The notes under the pieces are model-generated. The model had not been told where the DNA came from. It saw nothing but the letters and a program-made list of their open reading frames with translations, and did no database searches. A stretch of DNA of 32,000 bases from Candidatus Saccharimonadota bacterium (GTDB lineage: Bacteria; Patescibacteriota; Saccharimonadia; Saccharimonadales; UBA4665), in the NCBI GenBank assembly GCA_002952755.1, contig CP025011.1:1380001-1412000 (forward strand). Reading direction: 5' to 3'. Below, piece by piece: positions 24,833 through 32,000 of the stretch (position 1 is its first letter; each line of letters begins with the position of its first letter). The position numbers and the translations under genes were made by a program.

Positions 24833-26479
24833 CTACATCATTCCCATACCAGACATGTCTGGTGCGGCTGCAGCTTCTTTCTTCTCAGGGACTTCGACCA
24901 CGAGCGCACCCATCGTCATGCTCGTACCGGCGATAGAGACGGCATTGAGCAAAGCTTCTTTTGTGACACGGGCTGGGTCCACCACGCCTTTGGCCTTAAG
25001 GTCAACCAGTGCAGCGGGGTCGTTGACATTGACACCATGGCCCGGCTTGGCAGCGCGGACTTGTGGCAGCCATTCGTCGGGGTTGAGCCCGGCATTGGAT
25101 AGTAGAATGCGGAATGGCTGCTCCAGAGCTTGCTTGAGCACCATCTTGCCTGCGGCAATTGCAGCGTCATCATCGTTGGCAGCAACAATGGTAGCCGCCA
25201 GGTTGATGAGCGTAACGCCACCGCCCGGTACAATGCCTTCGCTCAGTGCAGCCTTGACGGCAGCGACGGCGTCATCGACCCGGAACTTCTTTTCCTCGAT
25301 TTCGGTTTCGGTAGCACCACCGACCTTGATGACGGCCACTTTGCCAGAAAGTGCAGCGCGGCGCTTCTCCAGCTGTTCGCGGTCGTACCCGCTGCTAGCA
25401 GCGGCGATCTGAGCATTAATTTGCTTGATGCGGGCAGCAACATCACTGGCAGGACCCGCGCCTTCGATGATGGTGGTACTCTCTTTGCCAACAATTACCT
25501 TGCGAGCGGAGCCAATGGCGTCGAGCTCGGCATTCTCAAAAGTGATGCCCCGCTCTTCAGAAATAACCGTTGCACCTGTTAATACTGCAATGTCATCCAG
25601 GATTTCCTTGCGGCGGTCGCCAAACGAAGGCGCCTTCACGGCAACGGTGTTAAACACACCCTTCAAACGGTTCAGGATGAGCGTGCCAAGCGCTTCGCCT
25701 TCGATATCTTCGCTGATGATAACCAGGTCTTTCTTGCCAGCCTGGGCCAATTTTTCGAGGATAGGCAGGAACTCTTGCACCGAGCTGATCTTCTGGTCGG
25801 TGATCAGAATAGCTGGCTTGGTGTATACAGCTTCCATGCGGGCAGTGTCGGTCACCATGTAGGCGCTCACGAAGCCCTTGTCGATAGTGAAGCCTTCAAC
25901 AACTTCACTCTCCAGGTTCAAACCTTGGCCCTCTTCGACTGTTACCACGCCGTCGCGGCCAACTTTGTCCATAATCTCTGCGATGAGATCACCGATTTGA
26001 GCATCGCCGGCTGAAATGGTGGCGACTTCAGCAATGCGCCCCTTCTTGCCCTGGATGTCTTCGCGCAGGCCGTCAAGCTTGGCAAGCACGTCGGCAGCGG
26101 CGGCTTCCAGACCTTTACGCAAAAGCATGGGGTTGTGGCCAGCGGCGATGAGCTTGTTAGCCTCACTTAAGATGTGGTACGTCAATACAGTAACAGTGGT
26201 GGTGCCGTCGCCGGCAACATCGTTCATTTTGCTAGCGGCTTGCTTGATGAGCTCTGCACCCACTTTGTAGCCCAGGGTTTCGTCGTCTTCGTCACCGATT
26301 TCAACGCCTTTGGCAACAGTGACACCGTCGTGCGTTACCGTGGGGGCACCGTAGCTCTTGCTAATAACTACGTTGCGGCCTTTGGGGCCCATAGTTGTCT
26401 TGACTGCATTGTACAAAATTTCGGCACCAGCAAGGACGCGCTTGCGGGCATCGTCGTCATAGAATACTTTTTTTGCCAT
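24833..26479 (-). CDS. groL: chaperonin GroEL (Cpn60)
   Basis: Full-length, unmistakable GroEL sequence (AKKVFYDDDARKRVLAGAEILYNAVKTTMGPKGRNV ... GMGMM tail). SD AAGGAG is present. Confidence 0.97.
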   Translation of the reverse strand: MAKKVFYDDDARKRVLAGAEILYNAVKTTMGPKGRNVVISKSYGAPTVTHDGVTVAKGVEIGDEDDETLGYKVGAELIKQAASKMNDVAGDGTTTVTVLTYHILSEANKLIAAGHNPMLLRKGLEAAAADVLAKLDGLREDIQGKKGRIAEVATISAGDAQIGDLIAEIMDKVGRDGVVTVEEGQGLNLESEVVEGFTIDKGFVSAYMVTDTARMEAVYTKPAILITDQKISSVQEFLPILEKLAQAGKKDLVIISEDIEGEALGTLILNRLKGVFNTVAVKAPSFGDRRKEILDDIAVLTGATVISEERGITFENAELDAIGSARKVIVGKESTTIIEGAGPASDVAARIKQINAQIAAASSGYDREQLEKRRAALSGKVAVIKVGGATETEIEEKKFRVDDAVAAVKAALSEGIVPGGGVTLINLAATIVAANDDDAAIAAGKMVLKQALEQPFRILLSNAGLNPDEWLPQVRAAKPGHGVNVNDPAALVDLKAKGVVDPARVTKEALLNAVSIAGTSMTMGALVVEVPEKKEAAAAPDMSGMGMM

Positions 26480-26544
26480 TTCTTGCTCCTTATTGAATGA
26501 TGATTGGTCCTGAAAATGAATCCAGGATGACGGTCGCCGTTTGA

Positions 26545-26811
26545 CTATTGTAGGGTGGCGAGGACGTCTTCTTCTTTTACTAGCAAGTAATCCTTGCCAT
26601 CTACTTTCACTTCGGTCGGACTGTAACTCTTGTACAAAATACGGTCGCCTACCTTTATTTGGGTAGCCTTCGGGCCAGCAGCCAATACTTTGGCAACTTT
26701 AGGTTTTTCGGTCGCTTTTTCGGGCAGATATAAGCCGCTTGCAGTTTTGGTCGGAGCCTCTTCCGGCTCGGCAACGACATAATCGCCCAGAGGTTTCACA
26801 TTTACGCTCAT
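26545..26811 (-). CDS. groES: co-chaperonin GroES (Cpn10)
   Basis: VKPLGDYVVAEPEE ... GLYLPE ... GDRILYKSY ... Length is 88 aa. SD GGAGGAG is present. It lies immediately upstream of groEL. Confidence 0.95.
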   Translation of the reverse strand: MSVNVKPLGDYVVAEPEEAPTKTASGLYLPEKATEKPKVAKVLAAGPKATQIKVGDRILYKSYSPTEVKVDGKDYLLVKEEDVLATLQ

Positions 26812-26850
26812 ACTGATACTCCTCCATTACCTTGTAGTATGCTGAGAACG

Positions 26851-26877
26851 TTAGCACTTTATGGTCACGAGTGCCAA
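26851..26877 (-). promoter_or_regulatory. CIRCE operator (HrcA-binding inverted repeat)
   Basis: The minus strand reads TTGGCACTC-GTGACCATA-AAGTGCTAA, against the consensus TTAGCACTC-N9-GAGTGCTAA (2 mismatches). It lies between the promoter and groES. Confidence 0.7.
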
Positions 26878-26890
26878 CGCGTCAGCACTC

Positions 26891-26920
26891 ACTATAATAG
26901 AGCGCCAATTAGCCTGTCAA
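26891..26920 (-). promoter_or_regulatory. groESL promoter: -35 TTGACA (26915-26920), 18-nt spacer, -10 TATAGT (26891-26896)
   Basis: Hexamers read on the minus strand just upstream of CIRCE. Confidence 0.55.
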
Positions 26921-26954
26921 GCGTTGTATGCCCTCTCGTGCAAAGTATCTTCTG

Positions 26955-27857
26955 CTATTGCTTAACAAAATGAGAAGATGTAGACGTTCTGGGCTGATCG
27001 CCAACCTGACGAAAAGCATGCCATGCTGCGGTCTCGCTCCCAGGGCCGCCCTGAGGCCATATAACAGTATCGCCAGGACTTAAGAGAGTTCCTACCATGT
27101 GTGTTCCATCCTGAGTATCGAAAGCAAACCTAGGAGTCTTTAAGGCGCCATTTCTAGCTGCCCTATATAACGACTCAACACGGGGCTCCTTGTCCATAGC
27201 CAGGAGTGCATCTTCATAAGGATGCGTACCTCCCTCAGTTTTAGGGCCGGTTTGGCGAGCGCGCTTACTAGCATTACCTGCCAAAAACAGCACCTTGCCA
27301 CTATCCAATGTGGCTGAAGAAAAGGTATAACGAAATCCTCTTTGGCCACGAGGAGCCCAGAGAAAATTGTCCAGGTGCAAGCCTGAAGAACCAGCTGGCA
27401 TAGTAGACTTAGGGAACTGTTCTTCGCCTACTTTTTTCATGTCGCCAAGTGGAGAGAGTATGTCGACTAGTTCGTCGCCAACGTTTACTTCTTCGCCTTT
27501 CCAAACAGAAGCTGGTACGAGTACTGTTGGGTTTTTCCCTTTTAATGTCCGGCTAACGGCTCGAGGAATTTCTTCGGTGGAGACAACCTCAATTAAGCCT
27601 CGACCAAACTTCTCATCCTCACGTCGTTCGATAGCTTGTTCTACTATTGTACGATCACCAGCAACTTTGAGCAGCCCATCCAACACAAGGAGTTGTTCGT
27701 CAATTGCCGTTATCTCATCGGCAAATTCTAGTACTGCAAATTCATCATCAGGAGAAATAGGTAAACCGTCAGGGCTGGCGGCTCCCAAGTAGTCGAGAGC
27801 TAAGGTGGTCTCGGCTGAGTACTGTGGAGTTTCAAAGGCTGGTGTTGGATAAGCCAT
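26955..27857 (-). CDS. hypothetical protein (300 aa)
   Basis: Long ORF with no TM segment or signal peptide. It has two short colinear similarities to the 119-1210 product (see findings). Confidence 0.65.
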   Translation of the reverse strand: MAYPTPAFETPQYSAETTLALDYLGAASPDGLPISPDDEFAVLEFADEITAIDEQLLVLDGLLKVAGDRTIVEQAIERREDEKFGRGLIEVVSTEEIPRAVSRTLKGKNPTVLVPASVWKGEEVNVGDELVDILSPLGDMKKVGEEQFPKSTMPAGSSGLHLDNFLWAPRGQRGFRYTFSSATLDSGKVLFLAGNASKRARQTGPKTEGGTHPYEDALLAMDKEPRVESLYRAARNGALKTPRFAFDTQDGTHMVGTLLSPGDTVIWPQGGPGSETAAWHAFRQVGDQPRTSTSSHFVKQ

Positions 27858-27937
27858 AGCTAATATCTAATACATGTGTTATAGATAAAACTATAGCATA
27901 TACCTCTTAAATATGCAAGAACGTCGCTTCTGCCACT

Positions 27938-28219
27938 TTACTGTAGAGTGGTACTCCCGACACTATGGGGATTATCGCTCTGTGGAAAAAATTCGCGCAC
28001 TAACTCATGTACTACCATTCGTTGGCCCACCAGTGAGCCTGCTGCTGCGATGCGTTGAGCCACCTCCTGCGAGCTACTAAGATGTCCAGGGCGGGCGGCC
28101 TCTTGCGCTGCATGTTCGGCAGCGATCCTGGCATCCTGCCTAGTGATAAAGCTCCAAAGAGCATGGGCCGGAATCATTCGGTCCTCACTGGTATTGCCTT
28201 CGACTCTTTCAGCACTCAT
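27938..28219 (-). CDS. hypothetical protein (93 aa)
   Basis: ORF with a TATAAT (28231-28236) 11 nt upstream of the ATG and no SD. No family recognised. Confidence 0.5.
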   Translation of the reverse strand: MSAERVEGNTSEDRMIPAHALWSFITRQDARIAAEHAAQEAARPGHLSSSQEVAQRIAAAGSLVGQRMVVHELVREFFPQSDNPHSVGSTTLQ

Positions 28220-28314
28220 GTTTGACGCATATTATAGCATATTATATTAGCAGACGCGTACGCCTAGTGTGTTCTCGGTAAATCTATCAGAAGCGGACTG
28301 GTATACTGATAGCA

Positions 28315-29115
28315 ATGCAAAGAAAACACGTGATTATGACCCCGGCCGATTTCTTTGGGATTGAATATGAGATTAATGCGTGGATGCATGAGGATAATCA
28401 GGTAGACCATGCTGTTGCCGTCCAGCAATGGCAGCAGCTGTATAATATCTACACTAAGCAGCTTGGCTGGAACGTAGAGCTGGTGCAGCCTGTGGAACAT
28501 TTGCCCGACATGGTGTTTGCAACCGATTGCTGCCTGATGATCGATGGCAAAATACTGCTCAGTAACTTTCGCTATCCCGAGCGCCGGCCGGAATCAGCCG
28601 TCTTTGCCGAGTGGTTTAAAAAGCATGGATACACCAATATAAAGCAAGCTACGCACTTTTTTGAGGGCGGTGGCGACAATCTGCTTTGCGGCAATAAGAT
28701 CCTGGCCGGCTATGGCTTTCGGTCTGATCCAGCTGCTGCCCAGGAACTCGAAGCGTACTTCGGACTTGAGGTGGTGCCGCTCCATATCGTCGACCCATTC
28801 TTCTACCACTTAGATACTTCGGTAGCCGTGCTGGATCACGAGACAGTTGCCTTTTATCCACCAGCGCTAGACGAAGCCAGCCAGCGGCGCCTACGCGCTG
28901 CCATCCCCCGCTGCATCGAGGCGACTCTGGAAGAGGCGCAAGGTTTTGGGCTGAATGCCGTCAGCGACGGACACACAATTATAACCAGCAATGAGTCTAA
29001 AAGCTTACTGCAAAAATACCGCGATGCCGGGTTCGAGGTCATTGGGACGCCCATCCTGGAATTTCGCAAATCCGGCGGCGGCGTGAAGTGCATGACGCTT
29101 ACGCTTAGGGGCTAG
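28315..29115 (+). CDS. guanidino-group-modifying enzyme, amidinotransferase/DDAH-fold (PF02274-like)
   Basis: The C-terminal catalytic motif SGGGVKCMTLTL has Cys as the nucleophile. PDMVFATDCCLMIDGKILL and HLDTSVAVL are typical of the DDAH/amidinotransferase/arginine deiminase superfamily. Length is 266 aa. Confidence 0.75.
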   Translation: MQRKHVIMTPADFFGIEYEINAWMHEDNQVDHAVAVQQWQQLYNIYTKQLGWNVELVQPVEHLPDMVFATDCCLMIDGKILLSNFRYPERRPESAVFAEWFKKHGYTNIKQATHFFEGGGDNLLCGNKILAGYGFRSDPAAAQELEAYFGLEVVPLHIVDPFFYHLDTSVAVLDHETVAFYPPALDEASQRRLRAAIPRCIEATLEEAQGFGLNAVSDGHTIITSNESKSLLQKYRDAGFEVIGTPILEFRKSGGGVKCMTLTLRG

Positions 29116-29229
29116 CTCAAAGTCGCCAATCTAACTCACCATAGCCTGGACAATAGGGGCCAAAAATCTAAACAGCACCGGTTGCGTAGCTTGAGTGAAT
29201 CACCGCCCTCTCAAGGTTATGCGCAAAAA

Positions 29230-29248
29230 TTAGAGACAGCTTCTCTAA
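29230..29248. promoter_or_regulatory. inverted repeat TTAGAGA-cagct-TCTCTAA just upstream of the -35 of the 29294 gene
   Basis: Perfect 7-bp arms, ending 7 nt 5' of the TTGACA at 29256. An A5 run lies on the left side only. Confidence 0.3.
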
Positions 29249-29255
29249 GGGGATA

Positions 29256-29284
29256 TTGACATATAACCCCATATATTATAGCAT
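29256..29284 (+). promoter_or_regulatory. candidate promoter: -35 TTGACA (29256-29261), 17-nt spacer, -10 TAGCAT (29279-29284), 9 nt before the ATG
   Basis: Consensus -35 and a 4/6 match at -10. This would give a leaderless or near-leaderless mRNA. Confidence 0.4.
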
Positions 29285-29293
29285 ATAAAATAT

Positions 29294-30976
29294 ATGACCG
29301 GCGCCTCTTTGCCTCACGAAACAACACCTATTAATCCTGATTTTGAAAAGATCAAGGAAGTCTTCCCTGAACGCGGGAGATATCAACCCCTGATTCATAC
29401 TGGCTGGATTGATGTAGAAGAACTCCGAGGAGGGCAATACTATCATGGTGTGGCAGAGAATGGCGAAATAGTAGACCTTGGCCTCAGAGGTTACGACCTT
29501 GTCCCTTATCCGCTTATTCGCGAAGTTCAAAACGCCGACCTCCCAGATGCCGCTTGCCGCGCAGCTGTCATCCATGGGTATGGGCACACGGCAGTCACTT
29601 TCATGGGATCCGGCGCTAGGACCGGGACCCGCCAGGGCAAACAAACTTTTTTTGCACCAGGCGAAGGCTTATCCATAGAGGAAGTGTTAGCCCAAGCCGA
29701 GGCAACCTTTCCCAATAGCTTCGGAGCTATGACCTTCCAGCAGCAAGTTACCCGTTTCAGCGAAAGAGATGCGATCCCTGACCCAGATATACCGTTCAAG
29801 AAAGAACGTGAAATAGAACCCGAGATGACTGATGAAAGATGGCTCCGAAGATATCCGGACAGGCATGAGCAAGCCGAAAAAGCGCGGCTTACATATCGGG
29901 AGGTGTCCGAAACGCTAAAGAGATATCGTCGCGGTAATCCAGATTTGTCTATTGAGGACTTCTTCCAATGGAGCCCTGAAGGCATCGCCGCAGACGTGAA
30001 GTCAGAAGTACCTCCTCGTGTATATGAAAATATCGTAGCTGCGTTGAGTGATGAGGATGCGCTTACAAGGGATGCTCCTGAAGGCTCGCTAACGGGGCAG
30101 ATCTGGGAGCAATTCGATACTGAACATGGTATGGGCAAGAACAGACGTGAAGATCCACGTTGGAGTAGTGGGAAAGACCGTGAAGCCGGCATAGACCCCG
30201 ACAAAGACATCCTTCGGGGAGCGCCCGGCAGAGAAGAGATACAGCAGACACAGAGTGCTCCTGATTCTGTTGTCGAATCCAAAGGCCCCGATTTTCCCAT
30301 CAGCATTGCCCCAGCAGAAATTATGCAAGGAGATAGTCAAGAAACGACTCCTGAGTCGTCACGCTGGCGAAAAATGCGCGGCTTCTTGGGCGTGGTGACA
30401 CATCCTGGGGGTGCCATTGGCGCCAAACTCGCGGCGCGGGAGACTACTCCACAGGACGGGCAGCGTAGTCACTGGCGCCGTATCGCCACATTAGGAGCAG
30501 TAGCAACTGCTGCTATGGTTGGCGCCTACCTTGGTATGAAATACGGGCACCATAGCGGTTCTGGCGGCAATGCACTCACACAAGTTCACCCTCCTCATGG
30601 GGGTAGCGGTATGGAACAGTTACCCACACCTTCGGGTTCAGCCAATGTAGACGACGGGCTTCGCCTGCCCCATCCACACTTCACCGCACCAGCACACCCC
30701 CCTATAGAAGTGCCGAAGACAAGCTACACTACAGTAGAGCTTGGAGAGTGGAAGCCAGGTCCTGGGGGACAGGGCACTGTATGGGGTGCAGCCTCCAATG
30801 CCTTACGAAGCCAGGGTGTTCACAACCCATCCGGACCGCAAGTCTTGGAGGCATCACGTATAATTGCTAAAACGAGTGATATCCGCTGGGATAATGACAC
30901 TCTAACGCATCTAAGTTCTACCCAAACCCTCAAAATACCTGTTGATCTAGCCGAACTTATAGATAAAAAATCATAG
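29294..30976 (+). CDS. hypothetical bitopic membrane protein (560 aa): ~390-aa cytoplasmic acidic region, one TM, ~140-aa outer region with a possible LysM-like end
   Basis: The TM segment is IATLGAVATAAMVGAYLGM, preceded by WRR. The C-terminus TVWGAASNAL...QVLEASRIIAK...TQTLKIPV loosely follows the LysM pattern. Nothing else was recognised. Confidence 0.65.
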   Translation: MTGASLPHETTPINPDFEKIKEVFPERGRYQPLIHTGWIDVEELRGGQYYHGVAENGEIVDLGLRGYDLVPYPLIREVQNADLPDAACRAAVIHGYGHTAVTFMGSGARTGTRQGKQTFFAPGEGLSIEEVLAQAEATFPNSFGAMTFQQQVTRFSERDAIPDPDIPFKKEREIEPEMTDERWLRRYPDRHEQAEKARLTYREVSETLKRYRRGNPDLSIEDFFQWSPEGIAADVKSEVPPRVYENIVAALSDEDALTRDAPEGSLTGQIWEQFDTEHGMGKNRREDPRWSSGKDREAGIDPDKDILRGAPGREEIQQTQSAPDSVVESKGPDFPISIAPAEIMQGDSQETTPESSRWRKMRGFLGVVTHPGGAIGAKLAARETTPQDGQRSHWRRIATLGAVATAAMVGAYLGMKYGHHSGSGGNALTQVHPPHGGSGMEQLPTPSGSANVDDGLRLPHPHFTAPAHPPIEVPKTSYTTVELGEWKPGPGGQGTVWGAASNALRSQGVHNPSGPQVLEASRIIAKTSDIRWDNDTLTHLSSTQTLKIPVDLAELIDKKS

Positions 30977-31074
30977 ACGATCTTGTGCTGACATTGATGC
31001 GCCAGCTACACGGCGCTTGGATTCGGTAACTACGGCGTAGGGCGTGAACGTGTTGAGTTACACTTGGGCGCCCT

Positions 31075-32000
31075 TTACGATTTGTGATTCGGGCGTTTGT
31101 GGAGTGCTGTACGGGCGCATTTGATTTCGTCGTAATCGCGTTTGACTACGCGGCGGGGGTCGCTATCGTCTTGCTGGAGATGGCGTAGTTCGGCGGCTTT
31201 GGGGCCATTACCTAATATTGATTTTTCGTGGCCCTTGCCCAGCAGCAGTACGATGTCGCCCTTTTTTGCCATATCGATGGCCGCCTGTACCGCTTCTTCG
31301 CGGTTATGGATTAAGAACAAATCGACACCGTCTTTCTTACCCGATTCGAGCGCACCTTCGGCAATTTGCTGCAGAATTTCGGTACCGTCGATATCGCGGT
31401 CATCTTCTTCGGTAGCGATCACTATGTCGCAGTCCCGGCCGGCAACCTTGCCTTGCATAGCTCGTTTAGCTTCATCGCGGCGGCCGGCAGAGCCGAAGAC
31501 AGCAATCAGCCGGCCTTTGGTGAGCGGACGGACTTCAGCAAAGAGTTTCTCGAAGCTTTCGGGCGTGTGCGCGTAGTCAACAATCACCTCGAAGTTCTGC
31601 CCCTCATCCACGCGCGTCATACGACCCTCAACAGCATGGAGGCTGGCAATACCCTTTTCGATTTGCGCTGGCGTAAGGCCAATAGCCCGCCCCACGCCTA
31701 CTGCAGCCAGCGTGTTATAAACATTAAAACTCCCTGGCAAATGACAAGTAATATGATAACTATCGCCCTCTATGGTGGCATTATAGCTGCTTCCACTAGG
31801 GGTAAGCTTGATGTCTTTTGCCCGCAGATTGCCTTTCTTAATGCCGTATGTGATGGGGTTTTTGACCGCCTTAGCGAACAGTCCCCCGCTTGGATCATCG
31901 GCATTAGCAACGCCGACGCGTAAGCCCTGCTTGTTGCGGTCTGTTTGGGTAAAGAGCATTTTTTTGGCATCGCGGTAACGCTCGAAGGTGCCGTGGTAGT
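31075..32000 (-). CDS. murE: UDP-N-acetylmuramoyl-L-alanyl-D-glutamate--(DAP or Lys) ligase MurE, 5' end beyond the window
   Basis: VDYAHTPESFEKL and VFGSAGRRDEAKR are present. The frame stays open upstream of the track's Met to the window edge, reading YHGTFERYRDAKKMLF, the conserved Mur-ligase segment. Confidence 0.85.
   Translation of the reverse strand, partial: YHGTFERYRDAKKMLFTQTDRNKQGLRVGVANADDPSGGLFAKAVKNPITYGIKKGNLRAKDIKLTPSGSSYNATIEGDSYHITCHLPGSFNVYNTLAAVGVGRAIGLTPAQIEKGIASLHAVEGRMTRVDEGQNFEVIVDYAHTPESFEKLFAEVRPLTKGRLIAVFGSAGRRDEAKRAMQGKVAGRDCDIVIATEEDDRDIDGTEILQQIAEGALESGKKDGVDLFLIHNREEAVQAAIDMAKKGDIVLLLGKGHEKSILGNGPKAAELRHLQQDDSDPRRVVKRDYDEIKCARTALHKRPNHKS

Noticed and set aside
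24753-26500. Several long plus-strand ORFs (219, 150, 145, 108 aa and others) lie opposite groEL.
   Set aside because: They are mirror-frame ORFs of a highly expressed, codon-biased gene. Their products are low-complexity Ala/Ser/Thr-rich, with no starts supported by an SD or promoter. The groEL reading is unambiguous.
26480-26544. A small hairpin TCCTG-aaaatgaatc-CAGGA lies between groES and groEL.
   Set aside because: It has a 5-bp stem only, which is common for intra-operon spacers. There is no evidence of function beyond a possible mRNA processing or stability role.
29230-29248. The hairpin TTAGAGA-cagct-TCTCTAA could be a terminator of the amidinotransferase-fold gene.
   Set aside because: It lies 115 nt past the stop. 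No U-tract follows on the plus strand, because the A5/T5 run is on the wrong side. No minus-strand gene needs terminating there. I kept it as a possible operator instead.
29527-30306. A 259-aa minus-strand ORF lies antisense to the 560-aa membrane protein gene.
   Set aside because: It has a Ser/Leu/Cys-rich composition typical of an antisense frame. It is entirely nested in the longer plus-strand ORF, which has a promoter and a coherent TM and domain layout.
1-32000. An alternative genetic code (UGA or UAG reassignment, as in some CPR lineages) was considered.
   Set aside because: All conserved genes (rpoD, dnaG, groEL, tatC, orn, msrB, murE) are full length with standard stops and no internal stop codons. 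Code 11 fits.
1-32000. A mobile genetic element, prophage, CRISPR array or known defence island was considered.
   Set aside because: I saw no transposase, integrase, recombinase, reverse transcriptase, Cas, restriction-modification or toxin-antitoxin signatures. There are no tandem repeat-spacer arrays and no tRNA-flanked island boundaries. The only repeats are the two hairpin elements reported above.

Overview
This is a gene-dense 32 kb chromosomal segment from a small-genome, monoderm-type bacterium. The mix of minimal housekeeping genes, sortase and MurE wall genes, and roughly one-third orphan proteins looks like Patescibacteria/CPR (Saccharibacteria-like), but that taxonomic call is inference only. 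The standard genetic code applies, since conserved genes have no in-frame stops. Recognisable genes are dnaG-rpoD, groES-groEL behind a sigma70-type promoter plus a CIRCE operator, tatA-tatC, a sortase, murE (runs off the right edge), orn, msrB, mscL, an OmpR/HisKA two-component pair, a polyprenyl diphosphate synthase, a SIS-type PGI/PMI, a DDAH/amidinotransferase-fold enzyme, a HAD hydrolase, MmcQ/YjbR, a TrmB-family regulator and a VanX-like M15 dipeptidase. I saw no rRNA, tRNA, CRISPR, transposase, integrase, reverse transcriptase or known defence gene. Five things deserve a second look. (1) A two-copy structured element (9364-9470 and 22688-22797) has a virtually identical ~60-nt core sitting at the tip of completely different, perfectly complementary 24-25 bp stems. 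(2) A 64-aa hydrophobic peptide gene with its own promoter and a strong SD sits directly upstream of, and overlaps, a membrane M50/site-2-protease-like gene carrying a PqqD/RRE-like N-terminal domain. (3) A translationally coupled three-gene operon (orphan, VanX-like dipeptidase, orphan) is divergent from a TrmB regulator. (4) An envelope island contains sortase, a 35-aa TM peptide, a small LTNTG-bearing membrane protein, tatAC and an autonomous 62-aa Tat-signal-like mini-protein. (5) The DnaG zinc-ribbon has lost all four zinc ligands. Many genes also look leaderless, with a -10 box 6-12 nt before the start codon and no SD. None of the orphan proteins could be assigned a function from sequence alone. 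All family calls come from motif recognition by eye and need HMM or structure searches.
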